A program made the position numbers and the translations under genes. The notes beneath the pieces are model-generated. The model was not told the DNA's origin. It saw only the letters and a program-made list of their open reading frames with translations, and searched no databases. A DNA stretch of 64,000 nt from a virus. The DNA is taken from positions 2,379 to 66,378 of IMG/VR virus record IMGVR_UViG_3300021365_000014, one strand, 5' to 3'. Below are positions 38,801 through 45,593 of the stretch, in pieces (position 1 is the stretch's first letter; the number at the start of each line of letters is the position of its first letter).

Positions 38801-39856
38801 TTCAACATCAGTAAGTGTGATAGAATCACCAACTCCTTCTACGTAATATTCTTTATTCTGGTAAGCCGATGGTACCAACGAATTGGTGAATTTAATTTTC
38901 ATGCCATTTGAAAGATCTAAAGTCCTTAGGCTATAGTTTTTTACACCTATGATATCATCTTCTACGTTGATAGTAGTAGTGCTTACAACATCTCGTATCT
39001 GTAATATGCCGTACATGGCATCATGGTTTCCGCACTGATAGTATAAAGTGTCTGGTGCACCTGTGGTGGGAACTGTGAATGTGACAGTTCCGTAATCTGC
39101 TCCATTGTTGGTAACTCCTGTATCGAATATCGTTGATGTAGAGCCGTCCTCTGATACCTTGCTCTTGTATGGCTCGGTCATTATCCAGAAAGGATGTCCT
39201 TTGGCGTTCACATCAAACTTATAAGTGTTTCCCCTGTAAAGCGTCAGTATGGGATTATTCTCGTTCTCCCTGTGTGTAAAGTTGTAGGCCCCTTGTGCCA
39301 AATTCTCAACCGAATACTCGATAACCGCACTGGGTCCAACCGAATCTATCTCTAATGCTCCAGGCCCTTCTGGTATCCAGTAGTACTCTCTGTAGTTGAC
39401 CAATTTGTCATAGTCTATCGCCGGGTTCCATGAGTACACAGTCTCTTTGTTCAATCTGTCATGGTTATTGACCTTGCCTCCTAAGTACTTGATCTGGTTT
39501 ATGTAATCATCGTACGTTCCGGTGAACTTGACTTGATCTTCGGGATTGACCGATGTTGTGTCTCTGTCTGTATATGTCACAGTAGGCTCTAACTGATATG
39601 CGAACCTATCTCTACTTGTGGCAGTGATATATCTGTCACTGACTTTTCTTGTGTAAGCATCCTGTCTTCCTATGTAACCGTCTAGTCTCTCCAGTGAACC
39701 TTTCTGTACCAACGGATCCATTGTGCTGGCCAGGAAACGTTGATTGGCGTCTGTCCTGTAGAAAGCAGGTAGGTGCTGAACTGTACGCCTGTACTCGTTG
39801 TTGTCCTGTTTGACAACTTCGTTATTGGTTAAAGCGTTGGTGGGATTGTCTGCCAT
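26831..39856 (-). CDS. giant (4341 aa) baseplate wedge/structural protein, gp7-like position
   Basis: Uninterrupted 13 kb ORF directly after the gp6-like gene; contains FG-GAP-like propeller repeats, GDGSTxTF repeats and a cupredoxin-like motif. Confidence 0.75.
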   Translation of the reverse strand: MADNPTNALTNNEVVKQDNNEYRRTVQHLPAFYRTDANQRFLASTMDPLVQKGSLERLDGYIGRQDAYTRKVSDRYITATSRDRFAYQLEPTVTYTDRDTTSVNPEDQVKFTGTYDDYINQIKYLGGKVNNHDRLNKETVYSWNPAIDYDKLVNYREYYWIPEGPGALEIDSVGPSAVIEYSVENLAQGAYNFTHRENENNPILTLYRGNTYKFDVNAKGHPFWIMTEPYKSKVSEDGSTSTIFDTGVTNNGADYGTVTFTVPTTGAPDTLYYQCGNHDAMYGILQIRDVVSTTTINVEDDIIGVKNYSLRTLDLSNGMKIKFTNSLVPSAYQNKEYYVEGVGDSITLTDVEDLITPGSYATESTILYDQVGYDSRPYAKAYYTPDNKDYITIKRDSQDQNAWSRYNRWFHRAVIEETARIGGHTPVLNEDDRAKRPIIEFDSGLELYNHGTVAKKSVTLYDTVTTDAFSDVVKQTGYIIDGLALANGMRVVFAADTDPIVKNKIYDVNFVTAGDSTQVINLTEASDATPTSNDSIFIEFGTTNQGKTFYYDDTTETFEEAQQKTGVNQQPLFGMWDNNHISFDDATTYPNSTFAGAKVFAFATSDTATTDTVLGIKVKYNTINNVGDIVFDSDHTSGTFTYKSGTSTITKNLAEGHLHYTTGRSTHNSRGAWIKRTTESKQRVIRTFIVDATEKQLFPVDFYKNSADLTDLELSVSVNGSRKTLTTDYTLETGTKNKYVKFNNALEVDDQIRIAGHSSAEKIADKGIYEIPENLATNGLNQQLGTFTFGQILAHVRDILDKNQDVTGAIPGLSNLRDKPDARLKGGSIHQHEGPLLPAIFGLADQNSNMISSIDYVSQEYEKWYNAFLTHTTGTAYEGVAADRVDEIIAAITPGRNSGFPFYYEDMVGWGENVSTRSYTVMGSSQTDYALDSQHDITTLSNRAVYVYLNDVQLLLGTDYTFSTTDDSVSISKALAEGDKIVIKDYTDTTGSYMPPSPTKLGMYAKFTPETFTDTTYLTDTAVIRKHDGSIIKAYGDERDDLILELEKRIYNNIKVTYDATLVDIHDVLPSAFTSTEYTLQEVDGVMGPDFYQWAGRNNVQYINNTAFTEGSPFTYNYARSKGRLIDENLPGHWRGIYKYFYDTDAPHVRPWEMLGHSEKPSTWDATYGTAPYTSGNDVLWNAVATQTGRYGKPSIRDYLPVDASGNLLDPLAAGLVDNFDIPGRQNAWKFGDQAPAETAWRRSSAYPFTVIKALALTKPAKFFSNLFDPSRLTTNVAGNQINTDTGIRNTLATAKYHLETETNTATGVTTRYQTAGYQPFVVNYMISRNIDSKTFYYDKMKNLSVQLSYKLGGFTDKDNIKILTDSVSPGSKSGSKFIPDENYKILFRTSNPVESFQYSGVLIEKNTDISQDGSTILGGYKVLGYSTTKPYFNFNYPVKTTTATAVSVEGSAVVEQYTAYQSITHTIPYGHVFDTIQDVADFLFGYGQWLESQGFRFNKFSNEIKETLNWSNAVREFLFWTTQEWSPGSAITVSPAADGFELDTNNSIVGKLRNLAGDYSLLDSGGRKIDVSEISTKRIGKTFELGIKSDTVGLYNIALNTVQKEHVLLFDNSTVFADIIYDPFTGFRQQRLKLVGWKTGGWNGDYYAPGFVFDAAQVTYWTANTDYRIGDSVEYQGKFYVAKTNHNSGATFEKTNWTLKDEKPAPQLIPNFEYKIAQFNDFYDLETNNFDESQQQLAQRLTGYQSRDYLENLFVNDVSQYKFYQGYIREKGTQNAIDKILKAKYEGEDITLDLYPEWMIRTGNFGNTDSIENIQIVLKDDEITADPQSIELLDTSNDTVEYARSDGIVKDNFYYKPVEYTASTTFKRLDYTKEGVSRDTAQVFKTAGYPQPQQVQHTAFNIDEILNLDMNAVTTHDLIWVANKSNNDWDVFRITSAGIKIADLHLINDASQLEITFTGSHNLTAGSTTTQADYFGISNSEEATLNGVYQISATPDHKTVIIDYDGNVGFIPALEDGSTADSYGNIYKFISVRLASMDNVNDLIDFENYTDKNDAIEQPGDKVFADADSSGLWRVYEKQDPYTSAIVLSPDASTAEQEFGHRVVARNDGRTVIASAPGKGQGEVHFLFRSSTEAGATLQTQSTATMTDNDDNTSRLGESLSISTDENFVVAGAPYTNAVGADGSTRFLDSGLVKIYIWDPSTFKYGLLDTVRAPTDGSTLNENANFGWSHKISEPGASSVRTTTDKYLFVSAPGHDNDQGRVYMYTWGVGADGSTYDTWTQDYTIEAPAGGSGQRFGHRIQANDNGDILAVSSLAPGNAGKVEIFIKTSQSNDGSTQNSFALAQTLTGVASDGSSINTAFGESIAMSKDGTTLIIGAPGVDGTVHPDSGAVYYYKWNADDSTNTYTLQQTINAPESSTNMKFGTSLSLNSNGTRAVIGAERFASDREIKFDAGETTFDLQDTTIVDSNIGSGGAFTATMYNTKFVVDDRLMADNVTADDDFGRGVCMIDNSVFVGAPNDDGNTATDGSTKIVNDGTVSCYDLTVNGEYAWKNLVTETALMDTDKLGKVFEFDNKSKQLRDYYDLYDPVKGRILGVADREIDIKTAWDPATYNVGDNANTSTPWADDHVGEVWWNLSTVKWLWYEQDTQEYKHNHWGQTFPGSSIDIYEWVESLLLPSEWNRRVEGTATTISGTALYGDDSQYTVVQKYDSRLDTFVNYYYYWVKDKTTLPTGHHTRNDRHAHQHRKNTVAFVANLITNPRGFGFKYYSITDTNKLLLNNISNLTNDDVVLNIDIRANTFEGDSHSVWKLVREGDADYRPGHQIETRWWDSLIGKNTAGDVVPDLNLPVNERYGNKVRPRQSWYVDRYNALKEIIDYANSVLKKHQLVGQVNLTNLDSKEPEPTAQSGEWDATVDTYAELTYLNTADLSGTVNYLVKADETANNLWAIYQWDGTEFTRTKVQTYNTSAYWSYTDWYKTDGDMAHDDNTKIDKQVTYQYDLNTLDLAIGKHVKVTSADTGGWKLFMKTATGWENVGTENGTIRLSTKLYDYSQDASGFAGEDTFDGNFFDQEPSQETRKILTALRDDLFINDLAIEYNTLFFTGLRKVLSEQTYVDWMFKTSFINAKNTVRQLDQRKSYTTGTDSWIESYINEVKPFHTKLREYTLGYDKTETQDGIYTDFDNPTFYDESTGKIRPLNVSLDTAKLTEYPWQMWNDYHKKYVSSITIINGGSGYTKAPTVNIVGGTVASTGPFQIQATSNRGSTSGSYGYYYPLFSSETQAKVWDSQNGGAGTTNTYGFDGFSGLFYGPSTTITPTSTRSGAYKMYETPSTTAATATATVQDGKVTKITLTGKGANYTATPMVVITGGADDGSTPSDTARAYANLANDLVRDFDTTIKFDRVSSTSRVVDWAANTNYAYNDLLRYNNQLYKVTSAFTSSTDFDDNVGSVYKVYGDETGLTAADRTKGFYTPGAGMPGNELDQVMTGVDYGGTMVTGLLFSQEAGWDKAGWYDFPWDNYGDSRIKAFRANGVNDDFTFDTAPATTEVYQVYITQDDSTRKKLPDVIRGDGSTVTFAISELPEENALVEFIPFDDDGVLTPTDDRTLDSIVKGGLFTSALGHAPSDIVLEGDALVSPDTSYAPEETVPGQLFDTLDIKVYTSPESGVPFISEKNYKGDGSTTTFSIGNFPGSLGSVTVAVDGVIQKGSALDSTINDYTIDVANKTITFDTAPVNNSIISTKVFAISGENYRVLNTFTGDGSTTSFLTSTRGEFNLDSTSSDIYVTVDGVPTTAYTTTTRANTITVVFDSAPAASSYIQIAGFNKSTTSTRSFASVRNQAITYDGSTNRYTLTYPPGAIGPFSGLTIIELDGKMLRGPDVSYYLGDGTTTRFLFTNLTGIGEDSSWTNPLGDDSTIDPSKNITSAAQIQVHLNGVQQNLNTDYTVDLAGTVTTADDTTSSSDSSSLTTDIAGSPDRIVFTNAPSANDLVAITTLVDYQYYNEGTDIILNPVQLSADGNPISVNDVLSVTTINNALGSKQRREVLAGTVSSSAAYPYTVAGKFNLRFEPLNEAYTFVWLNGEQLVQGYDYTLNRNTITVLGRTIVATDRLDVLYFALDSAVSATGFRIFKDMLNRTFYKRISKTATTKLVLDMTESTQTFTVEDGSVLLTPNIASNTPGVVFIDKERIEYFTKTGNTLGQLRRGTLGTGIKEHGSGTEVVDASGTQTIPYADTVYTNTFTGDGSTLTFALSQAPSSASELDIFIGGQRLLLTSEDGSTINYSVDGSTTAVTLSSAPASGTQIKVLHKKGQVWYTALDGNPADGKGLQASGTQQAKFIANEPTNAPE

Positions 39857-42800
39857 TAGTATCCTGACCCACTACTGCCGGTGCTTGAACCGGAACCTGT
39901 TGTAGTAGAGCCTGACACTGCTGATCCTGTCGTGGTGTTGGTCGTGGCAGTTGATGTTGATGTGACCACAGTGCCAGAAGACGCCAGTTGGTTGGCTCCC
40001 AGTGCTGTTATGATTGACACATCATCAACGGTGGCCCCACTGATGAAAATCTCGTCTGCCGCTGAGTCAATTTGGAACAAGGACCCAAAACCCTGTCCTG
40101 ACTGGTTGGGCACAATGACCGCTGTCAACAAGTCTGGTGCTAGTTCATTGTGTATGTAAGCGGCCAATTCTGTAAAATAAAAAGCGTCTCCAAAATCCCA
40201 GTTGTCCAGTGCGAAGAATTCGTTTATCGCGGCGATCACTCTGGTCTTGATCACTGCGTCTGACACATTGGTCTTTGGATTTTTTACAACCTTGAAAGTT
40301 GCCTGTAGTTGTTCGTCTGCATTTGAACCAAACAAAATTTTGTATTTTACTGGATGGTAAATGATTTGATCAGATAAAGATTTCAATGGATCGAGTGTGC
40401 CTGAGTAGTTGATTCTCAACTGGTCTGCTGTTGCTACAATTGGTTTCGATCCGCCTTCCTGTAACCATATCCTGAACAGGTTATCATAGGTCCTCTCCAA
40501 TAGGTACACATCAACAATGTTAGACACGCTGGGATCTATCCTGGTTTCCTGCCCGGCATGGTGTTTGTATTGGAAGTTAATTGAACTCCTGCCCTTCCTT
40601 GCTGTGTAGTCCGTTGTCGTGGTCAAAGTATTAGTTGTAGAACTGTACTTCTTGATCACGTCCTCGGCGCTGTCATAGAAGTAAAATAATTGCTCGTCTG
40701 TATAAGTCGACGTGTTTAAATTTATGTCTGTTTCCTTTTCAGCAACAATGAAGTTGGTTGATGCGTATGGTCTGAATCTTTCAATTGCGTCATATGATGT
40801 GTACTTCTCAAAGAAAACGAATTTTGTGGATTCTGAAAGTGTTGGTTCAACGTATATGTCAAACAGTTCAGGATTGTCCACAACACCGTCATCGTCCGCA
40901 TCAAAGAAACCAACCTTAACTTTCCTGTTGTCCTGGAAACCGTCTACCTCTGTCACCACATCAACTACCTGCCAAGTGATTGGGTATCCAACACTGTTTC
41001 CTGTTGAAACGATACTGTTTGTTTTTAGTATTTTTACCGTGTCTTTCACACTCCTGCCTGTTGTGTAGTCGTAAATTTTTTCTTCCACGTCATAGTGGAA
41101 CTTGTTCTGCGACTCTGATTCGAAAATGTAATCCAGTTTCCTGTATTGTACAGTGTAGGTGTTTCCGTTGTTGGTAAATTTAAACCACCAACTGGCATCC
41201 GCGTTTGTTCCTGTGGTTGAACCTGTGTTACCAAGACTGAATGTTGAACTGGTGCTTAGGTTCGTAGAAGTGATTACCTTCCATGTTTCTGAATCTGTGT
41301 CATATCGTAAACCAAATTCCTCATAGGCCTCTATCCTGTCTATCATATCTGCTTCGAGCGTTGCACTGAACGATGTGGTCAGATTTGGAATTATTGCATT
41401 GATTACAGAACCGTTTGGCACTATGTTATTAAGTGTTACTGGACCAACACCCGACTCTAGGTTTCCTACTCCGCCGTTGGCTCCATCAAGAACCACTTCA
41501 CCTATCTTGGCCCATAACCTGTCTTCTGCGTTGTCCGTGGTCGATGTTACCAATGTACCGTTCAGGAACTTCCTTGTGTCTGGCGCTGTGAATTTTACCA
41601 ATGCACCTGGTTTAGCGAACTTCATGTTGGAAGTTGCATAATCACCTATGACCAACGCTCCACCGGAAGTGAAATAACCTGTGTTGGTGTTCGTAGATGT
41701 TGTAGTTGAATTCCATGTTGCGGAAAGTGTGCTGGCATCTTTGGTTCCGTACTTCAAGTAGTAGAACTGTCTGGCGTATGCTTCTTTCAATTTTGCTTCA
41801 ACAGATGTGTCTATTGTGGACTGTATGTCACTCCTGTTGTTGAATGTGAAAGTGAACTGCTGTACTGATTCCTCCCTGTACAGTATGCCGTCCTCGGCGA
41901 ACACGCTCACGTTCGAATATGCTCCTGTAGGATCAAGTATCTCTTTTGCCCTGCTTATACCTGATGCTGATCTGTTAACGGATCTAACCTTCACTATCTC
42001 CTGTGACGCACTCAAAGGTACCACTTGGTAGTCCTCTGCCGTGATCATCCTGTTCTGTGAGTAGTATACCTGTGCCGCTTTCTCTTTGATTGAGTCATTT
42101 GACTCGGTCGCCGCTGAATTGTAAACGCTGGCCTTGAGGCCCACACTCATGGTCAAACTCTGCTGTGCACCGTTGGCGTCCGTGTATGGCACGGTCAACT
42201 GTACGTTCTGCATGTCCGATGACTGTATCGCATACTTGGCGTTGTCACTGACTCTGTAGTAGGTCCTGAAGTTGCCCAGAGGTATGTTTGAGAAGTTGCC
42301 GTCTCCGAACACAAAGTCAATCGCGTCGTTGTTCTTGGTCACTACATTGAAAGTGTTTCTCTCTGCTTTTGACAGGGAGTTATAAATGGCATTGTTGCCT
42401 GACAATGATGGCACCTTGGTCCAAGATTCAGACAACTGTCCGAACTGGTCCAACTTGTACAGCCACACGTCCGTGTCGTTTATGTTGGATGTTTCAATAC
42501 TTTTAACATAATTTGTGATCGCTGTGTCCACATTGAACTCTTGGTTCTGCATTGTCCCTTGTTTGAACAGGAAGAAGAATCCTGTGTTGTTGGAACTGTC
42601 TCCGGATCCGTCGGTCCTATAAGTGTAGGTCAATCCTGTGCCAGGCACAGGTGATGATTCGTATATGCTGTCTGAATCTGTTATGGTACTTGATACAATT
42701 TCGAATGATCTCGATATGCCTCCCACTGACTTCTGGAACTTGAATATGGGTAGGTCCAATTGGTTTGAACTCAATGTGTAAACTTCTGTTGTAATTCCAC

Positions 42801-43338
42801 CTATGGTGCCTGATTCCCTAGGATTGCCAAAAAGTTGTCCTGTTTGATTGGCCGCATTTAATATGGTTGTGAACTGCTCTCTGTAGTTTGCATTTGCCGA
42901 ATCGTTCCAAATTATGTTTGAGTTTGCCAGATTTGTTCCTGTGCTGTCTTGAACATCTTGTGTTGTAGATATCGAATCTATCTTCAACATTCCCGTTGCA
43001 GGTTTGTTTCTCTTGGCGTTGTAGTTGATCAACCTCGCCAATCTTAGAACACTGTTTCTTCTCTCCGCGGTCTCAAGGAAGTTCTCCCTGGCGTTTAGAT
43101 CAACCCTGAATGAAAGTGCCTGTGAAATATAAGCAATAAGATCTATCAGGGCCACGTACTCAGAACTCTCAACGAAATCGTTGAAATCATCTGGGTAGTT
43201 CTCTTTGAGATAGGCCACCATGGTCCTTCTCAAGGTCTCGAAGTCGTATGATTTGAAATCTGCCTGTTGGAAAGCCTGGTAGATTTTCCTCCAATCTTCC
43301 GCTACTAATAATCTGTTCTGTCTATCTGTTGTGGCCAT
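39856..43338 (-). CDS. gp6: baseplate wedge subunit (T4 gp6-like)
   Basis: DFETLR..M..YL, DFNDF.ESS, ENFLETAERR.SV..LA..INY, ES..SIK..A...Y.SQNRM.TAEDY; follows gp25. Confidence 0.85.
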   Translation of the reverse strand: MATTDRQNRLLVAEDWRKIYQAFQQADFKSYDFETLRRTMVAYLKENYPDDFNDFVESSEYVALIDLIAYISQALSFRVDLNARENFLETAERRNSVLRLARLINYNAKRNKPATGMLKIDSISTTQDVQDSTGTNLANSNIIWNDSANANYREQFTTILNAANQTGQLFGNPRESGTIGGITTEVYTLSSNQLDLPIFKFQKSVGGISRSFEIVSSTITDSDSIYESSPVPGTGLTYTYRTDGSGDSSNNTGFFFLFKQGTMQNQEFNVDTAITNYVKSIETSNINDTDVWLYKLDQFGQLSESWTKVPSLSGNNAIYNSLSKAERNTFNVVTKNNDAIDFVFGDGNFSNIPLGNFRTYYRVSDNAKYAIQSSDMQNVQLTVPYTDANGAQQSLTMSVGLKASVYNSAATESNDSIKEKAAQVYYSQNRMITAEDYQVVPLSASQEIVKVRSVNRSASGISRAKEILDPTGAYSNVSVFAEDGILYREESVQQFTFTFNNRSDIQSTIDTSVEAKLKEAYARQFYYLKYGTKDASTLSATWNSTTTSTNTNTGYFTSGGALVIGDYATSNMKFAKPGALVKFTAPDTRKFLNGTLVTSTTDNAEDRLWAKIGEVVLDGANGGVGNLESGVGPVTLNNIVPNGSVINAIIPNLTTSFSATLEADMIDRIEAYEEFGLRYDTDSETWKVITSTNLSTSSTFSLGNTGSTTGTNADASWWFKFTNNGNTYTVQYRKLDYIFESESQNKFHYDVEEKIYDYTTGRSVKDTVKILKTNSIVSTGNSVGYPITWQVVDVVTEVDGFQDNRKVKVGFFDADDDGVVDNPELFDIYVEPTLSESTKFVFFEKYTSYDAIERFRPYASTNFIVAEKETDINLNTSTYTDEQLFYFYDSAEDVIKKYSSTTNTLTTTTDYTARKGRSSINFQYKHHAGQETRIDPSVSNIVDVYLLERTYDNLFRIWLQEGGSKPIVATADQLRINYSGTLDPLKSLSDQIIYHPVKYKILFGSNADEQLQATFKVVKNPKTNVSDAVIKTRVIAAINEFFALDNWDFGDAFYFTELAAYIHNELAPDLLTAVIVPNQSGQGFGSLFQIDSAADEIFISGATVDDVSIITALGANQLASSGTVVTSTSTATTNTTTGSAVSGSTTTGSGSSTGSSGSGY

Positions 43339-43352
43339 TGTAATTACAATGG

Positions 43353-43360
43353 TATTTATA
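43353..43360 (-). promoter_or_regulatory. T4-type late promoter TATAAATA
   Basis: Exact TATAAATA on the minus strand, 14 nt upstream of the gp6-like ATG. Confidence 0.8.
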
Positions 43361-43380
43361 TGTTAGGAAATGTGCGTATA

Positions 43381-43797
43381 TTAAGATAGGCGTAACAACG
43401 AATTCTCATCGAAGTTGAATCTCAGTTTCTCTGTGATGTTCAGAGGAACATAGGTTATAGTGGCCTGTATGGCTATGCCCTTGTCCGCTTCCGTGACCAA
43501 GATCTCCTCTGTGGAAATACGTGGATCTGCGTTCAAATTAGCGGTTATGTCCTCCACTATGGCGTCCTTGAGTTGTTCTGTGAATGGTTCAAATATGGCA
43601 TCGTATATGATGGTGCCGAACTCTGGATTCTCTACCCTCTCGCCCTTACGCACACTTAATCTGTTAATGAGGTCTTGCTTGGCTACCTCGAAGTCGTACA
43701 GTTTGAAGTTCTGCTTGTCCGCACGTGAACTGAAACCCTTGAAGGTCACTGACTTGTTTGATAGTCCGTTGCCTGATCCTGAATCTCCGTATGCCAT
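43381..43797 (-). CDS. gp25: baseplate wedge subunit / sheath initiator (gp25-like)
   Basis: KQDLINRL..RKGERV.NPEFG..I...FEP, DPRI. Confidence 0.9.
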   Translation of the reverse strand: MAYGDSGSGNGLSNKSVTFKGFSSRADKQNFKLYDFEVAKQDLINRLSVRKGERVENPEFGTIIYDAIFEPFTEQLKDAIVEDITANLNADPRISTEEILVTEADKGIAIQATITYVPLNITEKLRFNFDENSLLRLS

Positions 43798-43813
43798 ATG
43801 CTATATTTACTCC

Positions 43814-45589
43814 CTAAAATCGGAAGAAACTCCTCACTGCACTAATCGCCTGATTTTTTAAACTTGCTACCTGTCCTTGAACGAAACTCATCACCGCCTC
43901 CTTTGGATCTAAATTTATTAGTTTATTGATAGCATCTGCCTTTGCCACGAGCGTGTTTAGATTCTTTATGGGCAGTTTGATCTTGTCGTTCAGTTTCACA
44001 ACCTTGCCTAGTTTGTCTGCCACTGCTTTAATGCTTGGCTGTTTTAATAGTTCCGCCTTAATTATTTTTAATTCTGTCGCTGACAGTTCTGGACTGGTTG
44101 CCTTGATCTCTGCCATTGCTTCATTGATGTATGCCTTTGTCCTCTGTGTGCTACTCTGCCTGTCATATGGCTCGTGAGTGACAAAGTCAGACACGGTGGT
44201 CTTGTTCTCGATCTTGTTTGGTTTTCCCTGCGGTAATGGATTATCGTCGTCGATGTCTATCAAGCCGTCGGTGACCTTTATGCCTATGGCATCTGGTTTC
44301 AACCAACCTGGCCCCCATGCACTGCTGGCGCCGACCGAATTAAAATGTACCTGTGATCCTGCTAGATCTATCCTGCCGCCTGCACCATGTAGTTGTGTTC
44401 CGTCCGTAAATGACGATATCCCGTCCCTTGCGTAGTTCCTGACCGAACCTTTCTGGGAACTGTTCAGTATGCCTTTCTCTCCCATCGCAAACACATAACC
44501 TTCTGCATTAAGGGCCACGTTTGTCTCAGAAGTAAAATTTATCGCACCCTTGGCATGGAAGTTGATGTTCATGTCTGAGTGTAGGTTGAAGTCCCTGCCC
44601 GACCTCATGTTTATACCGCCGTCGGAGTAAACACTTACTGTGCCGTCCGTGTCCATCTCTATGAAAGCCTTGCCCGAACCATTGGCAAGGTACACCACAC
44701 CCTCTGAGTCGTTCATCAGCAGTTGATGTCCTGATGCGGTCCTCAATCTTGTGAGTTGGTTGGTGCCATCCGCGGCACCGTCGTCCATGACGAAACTGTG
44801 TCCTGGATCCCTGTCCGTCTGTACTTTGGTGTTGTCCAACCCTATGTTCAACTCTCGTGAGTCTGGACGTATCCTGCCAGGAGTGTTGATACCAAAAACC
44901 CTGCTTGGAGATTCACGTCTGGCTGACGATGATGTTGTACCCCTCACCGTGTCCTGTACCAGTCCCTGTTTCTTGAGTTGGTCTGCTAGAACATCATTGA
45001 CAGGATATTTCCATTTGTCTATGTTCTGTAAAATTTCGCCTGGTGCGTACAATCGCTGATTCTTCTCACCCGCTGGTAAAAATTCTGTTCCGTAATCTGC
45101 CAACTTGCTGGTCTCCGATGCCTCCTGTGCCTCCGCGGCCTTGGATGTGTTGACCGAGGCACCATGGCCTGGCACCTGTTGATTGACCAGGGGTTTCTGC
45201 ACACAACCTATCCAGAAGGCACTGGCGTTGGACTGTTCTCCCTTGGCGAATATCACCAACACGTCCGTGTCCACGTCCGGTGGTACCGCCCACATGCCGT
45301 AACTGTGTTGTGTTTCCTTGTATAGGTAAGGGTCGATCTCAGACACCGCATTGATGCTTTTCGCACCGTAGAACGGTGACAGGTACTGGCACCATATTAT
45401 CTGGCTGGAAGTTGGATTAGTGGTCTGACTCAGTGCTGGTATGTTCACACCCAGTCTGCCCATCTTGAGGGGATCGTTGGTCACTTTTACCGTAGCAATG
45501 TACGGACCTGGATCGTTGTCAATGTATTTCTCATTGAAGCTCTTCTGGTTGTCCTGTGTGTCCGTGAATCCTGCTGAAGTGTATGCCAT
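43814..45589 (-). CDS. baseplate hub/spike protein (gp5/VgrG OB-fold-like)
   Basis: DPLKMGRL.V.IP, YGMWAVPPD..T.VLV.F, RLRTASGHQLLMND, beta-helix-like C-terminal strands. Confidence 0.75.
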   Translation of the reverse strand: MAYTSAGFTDTQDNQKSFNEKYIDNDPGPYIATVKVTNDPLKMGRLGVNIPALSQTTNPTSSQIIWCQYLSPFYGAKSINAVSEIDPYLYKETQHSYGMWAVPPDVDTDVLVIFAKGEQSNASAFWIGCVQKPLVNQQVPGHGASVNTSKAAEAQEASETSKLADYGTEFLPAGEKNQRLYAPGEILQNIDKWKYPVNDVLADQLKKQGLVQDTVRGTTSSSARRESPSRVFGINTPGRIRPDSRELNIGLDNTKVQTDRDPGHSFVMDDGAADGTNQLTRLRTASGHQLLMNDSEGVVYLANGSGKAFIEMDTDGTVSVYSDGGINMRSGRDFNLHSDMNINFHAKGAINFTSETNVALNAEGYVFAMGEKGILNSSQKGSVRNYARDGISSFTDGTQLHGAGGRIDLAGSQVHFNSVGASSAWGPGWLKPDAIGIKVTDGLIDIDDDNPLPQGKPNKIENKTTVSDFVTHEPYDRQSSTQRTKAYINEAMAEIKATSPELSATELKIIKAELLKQPSIKAVADKLGKVVKLNDKIKLPIKNLNTLVAKADAINKLINLDPKEAVMSFVQGQVASLKNQAISAVRSFFRF

Positions 45590-45593
45590 ATTT

